DNA from: Alphaproteobacteria bacterium PA2
GTDB taxonomy: Bacteria; Pseudomonadota; Alphaproteobacteria; Caulobacterales; Caulobacteraceae
Length of the DNA stretch: 64,000 nucleotides
NCBI GenBank assembly: GCA_002256425.1
Contig: NKIZ01000001.1
Span: forward strand, 1,073,943 to 1,137,942
Direction: 5' to 3'
Under the pieces are notes generated by a model. The model worked only from the letters and a program-made list of their open reading frames with translations, was not told the DNA's origin and ran no database searches. The position numbers and the translations under genes were made by a program. Below are positions 56,317 through 64,000 of the stretch, one piece after another; positions within the stretch are counted from its first letter, which is position 1, and every line of letters starts with the position of its first letter.

Positions 56317-58281
56317 ATGACGGGTGAGAACAATCTCGCCGCGTCCGCAAAAGCCCAGTCGCCTTCCCCTGATCCCTCCACGTCCGCCCACAAGGCCGAC
56401 GCGCGCTTCTGGACCCTGGCCCTTGGCAGTGTCGGCGTGGTCTTCGGCGATATCGGCACCAGCCCCCTCTACGCCTTCCGCGAAGCCCTGGCCCAGACGG
56501 GCGAGGCCAGCATGACGGTCGGATCGGTCATGGGGGTTACCTCCCTGGCCCTTTGGGCCCTCTTCCTGGTGGTGACGATCAAATACGTCTTCTTCCTGAT
56601 GCGGGCCGACAATCGCGGGGAGGGCGGGGTCCTGTCCCTGGCGGCCCTGGCTCAGGGCGCCGTAGGCCGGCGCACGCCGCTGATCTTCTTCCTGGCCTGC
56701 ACGGGCGCAGCGCTCTTCTATGGCGACGCCATCATCACGCCGGCTGTCTCTGTGCTATCGGCCGTAGAGGGCCTGCGGAGCATTCCAGCAATATCTTCGG
56801 GCGTCACACTGCCGGTGGTTCTGGTGTCCAGCCTGACCATTCTGGTGGTTCTCTTTGCCGTGCAGTCAAAGGGGACAACAGGCATGGGCCGCTATTTCGG
56901 CCCGATCTGCGTGGTCTGGTTCATGGTCATCGCCCTGCTGGGCGTAACCCATATTCTCCACGCTCCGGCGATCGCAGGCGCCCTCAATCCCATCCATGCC
57001 CTGCGCTTCCTGAGTAATCATGGCGTGGCCGGGCTCTTCGTTCTGGGGTCTGTCTTCCTGACGGTGACCGGGGCCGAGGCGCTTTATGCCGACATGGGCC
57101 ATTTCGGTCGCTGGCCGATCCAGGCCTCATGGGTCGGGTTTGTCCTGCCGGCCCTCATGCTCAACTATCTGGGACAGGGCGCCTTTGTGCTGAACCTGAT
57201 CGCCCAGTCCCACGGCAATCCAGTGCAAAACGACAACTGGTTCTTCCTGATGGCGCCGGAAGCCTATCGCGCGCCGCTGGTCCTGCTGGCCACAGCCGCG
57301 ACCATCATTGCATCCCAGGCGGTGATCACCGGCGCCTTCTCCCTGACCAATCAGGCCATGCAGCTGGGTCTCCTGCCGCGGATGACGGTCCTGCGGACGT
57401 CCCCGACCCAGGCCGGTGAAATCTATATGCCGCAGATCAACCTGATGCTGGCCATCGGGGTCGTCCTGTTGATTGCGGTTTTCAAGACATCTTCTGACCT
57501 GTCCCATGCCTATGGGCTGGCGGTGACGGGGACCATGGCGGTCACGACTTCCCTGGCCTTCATTGTTGTTCGCCGGAAGTGGAAGTGGTCCCTCTGGCAA
57601 GCCCTGCTGCTGATCGGCCCGCTCTTCGCCATCGACATGATTTTCCTTGGCGCCAACGCCCTGAAGATCTTCTCCGGCGGCTTTGTACCCCTGATACTTG
57701 GCGCGGCGGTCTTCACCCTGATGGCCACCTGGGTCCGGGGCACCGAGCTGATCGCCGAGAAGGTGGCCGCCGAAAGCGTGCCCCTGGAAGACATGGTTCC
57801 GGTCTTCGCCACCTCTTCGGCCTATCGCGCCGAGGGGACGGCGGTCTTCCTGACCTCGGATCCGGACGTGACGCCGGCGGCCCTGCTGCACAATCTCAAG
57901 CACAACCGGGTCATCCACAGGAACAACCTGATCGTCAGCATCCGTACCGCCGATGTGCCCCGGGTCTCTGAGTTTGAGCGCGCCGCGATCCAGAAGCTGT
58001 CGGACGACTTTACGCGGATCTCCCTGACCTATGGCTTCATGGAAACCCCGAATGTGCCAAAGGCTCTGGCGGAGCTGCGCAAGAAGGGCGTGGCCTTTGA
58101 CATCATGTCGACCTCGTTCTTCCTGGGTCGCCGGACCATTGTGCCCAGCGCCAGCTCGCGCCTGCCGAAGCTGCTCAACAACGTCTTCATCTGGATGACC
58201 CGCAATGCGGCCAATCCCACTGACTTCTTCCACATTCCTGCGGGCCGTGTGGTGGAGCTGGGCGGTCAGCTGGCCATCTAG
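56317..58281 (+). CDS. kup: Potassium transporter Kup
   Basis: GVVFGDIGTSPLYA, ADNRGEGG, TGAEALYADMGHFG, AYGLAVTGTM, LHNLKHN. Confidence 0.96.
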   Translation: MTGENNLAASAKAQSPSPDPSTSAHKADARFWTLALGSVGVVFGDIGTSPLYAFREALAQTGEASMTVGSVMGVTSLALWALFLVVTIKYVFFLMRADNRGEGGVLSLAALAQGAVGRRTPLIFFLACTGAALFYGDAIITPAVSVLSAVEGLRSIPAISSGVTLPVVLVSSLTILVVLFAVQSKGTTGMGRYFGPICVVWFMVIALLGVTHILHAPAIAGALNPIHALRFLSNHGVAGLFVLGSVFLTVTGAEALYADMGHFGRWPIQASWVGFVLPALMLNYLGQGAFVLNLIAQSHGNPVQNDNWFFLMAPEAYRAPLVLLATAATIIASQAVITGAFSLTNQAMQLGLLPRMTVLRTSPTQAGEIYMPQINLMLAIGVVLLIAVFKTSSDLSHAYGLAVTGTMAVTTSLAFIVVRRKWKWSLWQALLLIGPLFAIDMIFLGANALKIFSGGFVPLILGAAVFTLMATWVRGTELIAEKVAAESVPLEDMVPVFATSSAYRAEGTAVFLTSDPDVTPAALLHNLKHNRVIHRNNLIVSIRTADVPRVSEFERAAIQKLSDDFTRISLTYGFMETPNVPKALAELRKKGVAFDIMSTSFFLGRRTIVPSASSRLPKLLNNVFIWMTRNAANPTDFFHIPAGRVVELGGQLAI

Positions 58282-58326
58282 GCGTGTTGACCCTTCCCCT
58301 GAGGCGCGATCAGGCCTAGGTTTTGA

Positions 58327-60302
<1,976 letters not shown>

Positions 60303-60311
60303 TCGGGTCCG

Positions 60312-61043
60312 ATGGATCTCCGGTCCGGACAGTCTGTTTCGGGGGTCGACCTTTCAGGGATCGACTTCACCGACCTTGACCTGACCGACTGTGTCTTCAC
60401 GGACTGCCGGTTCAGCGATCAGATCCTGTCCAGCACGGTCCTGGAGGGCGCGCGGTTCCAGGGGTGCGTACTTGAAGGCTGTCGCTTCACCCATGCCGAC
60501 CTTCGGGAAGCTGTCTTCGAGGACTGCACCCTGTCTGCGCAGCAGTCAGGGTGCGGGTTCGCCTTCAGCCGGATGGACATGGTCCGGTTCATCCGATGCA
60601 ACCTCTCCTTCGGGAGGTTCGACCGGATCGAGGCCTATGGCGCGGAGTTTGACACCTGCAATCTGCGCGGCGCGGTGTTCCTGAAGGCTGACTTCGGTCG
60701 GTCCTTCGGGCGAAGTGTCGTCAGGTCCTCAGGGCGTTTCAGGGCGTGTAATCTGGAACTGGCCGACATGGCTGAGCTGGCCCTGCCGGAAGGTGACTTC
60801 GGAGGATCAAGCCTGCGGGAAGCCGATCTCCGCTCGGCAAACCTGGAGAGGGCCGACCTGACGAATGTGGACCTGTTTCAGGCCCTGACAGAGGGGGCTA
60901 GGCTGGCTGGGGCCGACCTGCGTGGCGCAGAGGTGAGCGGTCTGAATCTGGCGGCCCTGGGCAGCTATTCCGGCGCCCGTTTCGCATCAGATCAGCAATA
61001 CCGCCTGCTGTCGGCCCTTGGGGTGGAAATTTATTCTGACTAG
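60312..61043 (+). CDS. Pentapeptide repeat protein, Qnr-like
   Basis: Continuous pentapeptide repeats, two loop insertions and a C-terminal helix positioned as in Qnr proteins. Confidence 0.8.
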   Translation: MDLRSGQSVSGVDLSGIDFTDLDLTDCVFTDCRFSDQILSSTVLEGARFQGCVLEGCRFTHADLREAVFEDCTLSAQQSGCGFAFSRMDMVRFIRCNLSFGRFDRIEAYGAEFDTCNLRGAVFLKADFGRSFGRSVVRSSGRFRACNLELADMAELALPEGDFGGSSLREADLRSANLERADLTNVDLFQALTEGARLAGADLRGAEVSGLNLAALGSYSGARFASDQQYRLLSALGVEIYSD

Positions 61044-61084
61044 CGCTTCTTGTTACTGCGGTCGGGCCCACTATATCGCGAAGC

Positions 61085-61978
61085 ATGTTCGGAAACTCAC
61101 CCATCAATAATCCAAAAATCCCCGCCTATTCACCGCGCAGGCTGGTGAGTGGCATCGCCGTCATTGGCGTGCTGTTTGGCGCCCTTCTGGTCCTGACCAA
61201 CTGCTCCACCACGGTGCAGCCCGGCAATGTCGGGGTCCGGATCCGGACCCTGGGCACCAATGCCGGCGTCCAGCAGGAGCCGCTGCCGGCCCGTTGGTAT
61301 CTGGTCGGGGTTGGTGAGCGGATCGTGCAGTATCCGGCGATCCAGCGGACCTATACCTACACCCGGGAAGCCGACCAGTTCGGCTCTGACGGCAACGAAG
61401 AAATCTCCTTCAGCGACAACAACGCCCTGCCGATGACGGCCGACGTCCAGGTGGTCATGCGGGTCGACCCGCAGGCAGCGCCGGTGCTTTACACCCGCTA
61501 TCGTCTGTCCTTCGACCAGCTGTTCGAGGGGCCCATCCGCAACGACATCCGGTCCGCCATCGCCGCAGAGACCGAGCTTGTGCCCGTGGAGTTCCTTTAC
61601 AGGGGCGGCCGCCAGCAGGTGATCCAGAAGGCCCTTGCCCGGGTCCAGAAGAAGTGGGGCCCCCAGGGCGTGGCGATCAGCCAGGTCGACTGGATCGGCA
61701 ATATCCGCTACCCGCAGGTCATCCTCGACTCGATCCAGGCCAAGACCAAGGCCGACGCAGACACGATCGCCGCCCAGGCCCGGGTCGCCGTCGCCAAGGC
61801 TGTGGCGGAGTCCAAGGTGGAACAGGCCAGGGGTGAGGCCGAGGCCAACCGCCTGCTCGCCCAGTCCATTTCCAGCAGCCCGGAGGTCGTGCAACTGCGC
61901 GCCATCGAGAAGTGGGACGGAAAGCTTCCGACGGTCACTGGCGGGTCTGTACCCTTCGTGGATATCCGCGGGAAATAG
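61085..61978 (+). CDS. SPFH/band 7 (prohibitin-like) protein
   Basis: N-terminal TM, VQPGNVGV, C-terminal coiled coil A.GEAEA, IEKWDGKLP. Confidence 0.88.
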   Translation: MFGNSPINNPKIPAYSPRRLVSGIAVIGVLFGALLVLTNCSTTVQPGNVGVRIRTLGTNAGVQQEPLPARWYLVGVGERIVQYPAIQRTYTYTREADQFGSDGNEEISFSDNNALPMTADVQVVMRVDPQAAPVLYTRYRLSFDQLFEGPIRNDIRSAIAAETELVPVEFLYRGGRQQVIQKALARVQKKWGPQGVAISQVDWIGNIRYPQVILDSIQAKTKADADTIAAQARVAVAKAVAESKVEQARGEAEANRLLAQSISSSPEVVQLRAIEKWDGKLPTVTGGSVPFVDIRGK

Positions 61979-61981
61979 CGC

Positions 61982-62575
61982 CTAGGCTTCGGCCTCGACG
62001 CCTTCCCGACGGGCTGCCTGCCAGACCTCTTTCGCTGCGTCGATGTTCATGGCGGCGATGGCCAGGCCGACGACCAGATCCGGCCAGAAGGCTTGGGTCA
62101 CTGAGGTGAGCAAGGCGGCGCCGATGATGGCGATATTGGCCAGGGCGTCATTCCGCGCCGAAAGGAAAGCTGCGCGGGTCAGGCTTCCGGCGTGCTCACG
62201 ATATCGGGCCAGCAGGAAGGCGCAGGCAAGATTCACGCCCAGGGCGCCCAGGCCGGTGATGGACAGGAGGCCCGGATCCGGAACTACCGGATGTGTAAAT
62301 TTGGTGATGACTGTCCACAGGGTCGCCAGACCCGGCGCCAGCAGCAGAGCGGCCAGTCCCTTGCCGACTGTCGCCCTGCGACGGGCCGACCAGCCCAGGG
62401 CAGCCAGGATCAGCAGGTTCACTGAGGCGTCTTCCAGGAAGTCCACAGAGTCAGCGAAGAGGGATACCGACCCGATCCTTCGCGCGACGAAGAACTCCAC
62501 GCCGAAATAGGCCAGATTGGCGAGGGCGACGATCAGGACGGCGCGGCGAAGGGCGTGGGTGCTGGGGGCTATCAC
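61982..62575 (-). CDS. Short cation-efflux (CDF-like) membrane protein lacking the cytosolic domain
   Basis: SVSLFADSVDFLED, AFLSARND, PDLVVG. Confidence 0.82.
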   Translation of the reverse strand: MIAPSTHALRRAVLIVALANLAYFGVEFFVARRIGSVSLFADSVDFLEDASVNLLILAALGWSARRRATVGKGLAALLLAPGLATLWTVITKFTHPVVPDPGLLSITGLGALGVNLACAFLLARYREHAGSLTRAAFLSARNDALANIAIIGAALLTSVTQAFWPDLVVGLAIAAMNIDAAKEVWQAARREGVEAEA

Positions 62576-62715
62576 GGCGGCGTCCTACCACAATTGTTCC
62601 GGAACAGGTGCGGCGTCGGAATTGTCACACATATATGTCAGATCGCTTGCCGGTAGCGGCGCATCTTGACCCGGCCTGCGGTGCGCTCTCTAGGTGAAAT
62701 TCAACGGAGGACTTC

Positions 62716-64000
62716 ATGCGGCTTCAGGATCGGCTCAAGCGGGATTGGCGTTTCTGGCGCGGTCTCAGCCGGACGCTGAAGCGTGTAAAGTCCATCTCGC
62801 CGGACAGCGAGAACCTGCTGTGCGATGACCTGCAGGAGGCCGTGGAAACCTGGCGGGATCGCCGCGCCCTGACCTTTGACGGCAAGACCCTCACCTATGC
62901 CGAGATGGACGCCCTGGCCAATCGCTATGCCAACTGGGCGCGCAGCCAGAACCTGAAGCGCGGCCAGACGGTCGCCCTCTTCATGCCCAACCGCATGGAG
63001 TATTTCCCGATCTGGTATGGCCTGACCAAGATGGGCGTCATCACCGCCCTCATCAACAATCAGCTGGTCGGCCAGGCCCTGGCGCACTGTCTCAACCTGT
63101 CGGGCGCATCTCATGTCATTCTGGACGCCGAGACCGCCCCCGCCTTCGAATCCGCTGAGAGCCTGCTTGAAAAACCCATGATGCAGTGGGTCCATGGTCT
63201 AGTGCATGGCGCCCAGCGCGACATGGTCCAGACCCTGCGCAGTTGCAGTCAGATCCCTCCGGACCGGTCGGTGCGCAGCGGCATGACGGCCAGGGACCCT
63301 GCGCTCTACATCTACACCTCGGGTACGACCGGTCTGCCCAAGGCGGCCAAGATCAGCCACATGCGGGCCCAGCTCTACATGCGCGGCTTCGCCGGTGCGA
63401 CCGGTGCGACGGCCAATGACCGGATCTATGTGGCCCTGCCGCTCTACCATGCGACCGGCGGCCTCTGCGGCCTGGGCGCCGCCTTGCTCAATGGCGGATC
63501 CGTCGTCCTGAAGTCGCGGTTCTCCGCCACCCGCTTCTGGCCCGATGTGGTCGAGGAGGGCGCGACCATGTTCGTCTATATCGGCGAGCTGTGCCGCTAT
63601 CTGGTCAACCACCCTCCTGGTGAGGATGAGCGCCGGCACAAGCTGCGCCTGGCCTTCGGAAACGGCCTCAGCGCCGATGTCTGGGCCGAGATGCGCCCCC
63701 GGTTCAAGGTGCCCGACGTGCTGGAGTTCTATGGCTCCACCGAGGGCAATGTTTCCATGTTCAACTTCGACGGCAAGGTCGGCGCCATTGGTCGCGCGCC
63801 CAAGTGGCTGGGCAAGCGCATCAATTTCAAGCTGGTTCAGTTTGACCTGGAAACCGAGGCGCCGGTCCGCAGCGCCGCCGGGCTTTGCGTGGCGGCCGGG
63901 GTCGGTCAGATCGGCGAGTGCCTGGGCAAGATCGCGGCGTCGGATCCACGCAGCGAGTTCACGGGCTATGTGGACAAGGCGGCTTCGGACAAGAAGATCC
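62716..64000 (+). CDS. Long-chain acyl-CoA synthetase (FATP/FACL-like), 3' truncated by the window end
   Basis: GGAGG SD, ATG 62716, MRLQDRLKRDW...; YIYTSGTTGLPKAA, LPLYH, YIGELCRY, EFYGSTEGN. Confidence 0.9.
   Translation, partial: MRLQDRLKRDWRFWRGLSRTLKRVKSISPDSENLLCDDLQEAVETWRDRRALTFDGKTLTYAEMDALANRYANWARSQNLKRGQTVALFMPNRMEYFPIWYGLTKMGVITALINNQLVGQALAHCLNLSGASHVILDAETAPAFESAESLLEKPMMQWVHGLVHGAQRDMVQTLRSCSQIPPDRSVRSGMTARDPALYIYTSGTTGLPKAAKISHMRAQLYMRGFAGATGATANDRIYVALPLYHATGGLCGLGAALLNGGSVVLKSRFSATRFWPDVVEEGATMFVYIGELCRYLVNHPPGEDERRHKLRLAFGNGLSADVWAEMRPRFKVPDVLEFYGSTEGNVSMFNFDGKVGAIGRAPKWLGKRINFKLVQFDLETEAPVRSAAGLCVAAGVGQIGECLGKIAASDPRSEFTGYVDKAASDKKI

Noticed and set aside
62595-62642. 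AT-rich TGTCA repeats and a TGTTCCGGAACA palindrome upstream of the acyl-CoA synthetase as a second site for the 24.3-kb operator
   Set aside because: The TGTCA copies are direct rather than inverted and the spacing differs. It may be a regulatory site but I cannot assign it.

Overview
High-GC alphaproteobacterial chromosome segment, probably Caulobacteraceae (inferred from the gene set and protein styles). Most of it is core genome: CCA-adding enzyme, hemF, trmL, petABC, ychF/pth/rplY/prs, pgeF/midA-like/lgt, proC, an OmpR/EnvZ-like pair, ilvE, folB, nhaA, selO, gluQ, coq7, dsbB, a tyrosine catabolic operon, feoAB, tRNA-Leu(CAA), kup, and TPP riboswitch-thiC. An accessory-looking block at 21.4-26.9 kb encodes two putative Tat substrates, a TetR, a haloalkane dehalogenase and DUF2855. 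I saw no CRISPR array, transposase, integrase or phage gene. The best candidate for an undescribed system is at 38.4-39.0 kb, next to a TetR-family regulator. There, a ~300-bp module occurs twice in diverged form: paired 19-bp palindromic operators over a sigma70-type promoter, an SD, a 33- or 37-aa hydrophobic peptide ORF, and a hairpin. Both peptides are absent from the ORF track and resemble each other. Other points of note are a 26-aa membrane microprotein ahead of the SDR-folB genes, a Qnr-like pentapeptide protein behind thiC, a CuyA/CuyB-like lyase-racemase pair, two copies of a ~115-bp CTAG-bounded palindromic element, and a long perfect palindrome upstream of the dehalogenase. All family assignments come from motif recognition by eye; no database search was run.
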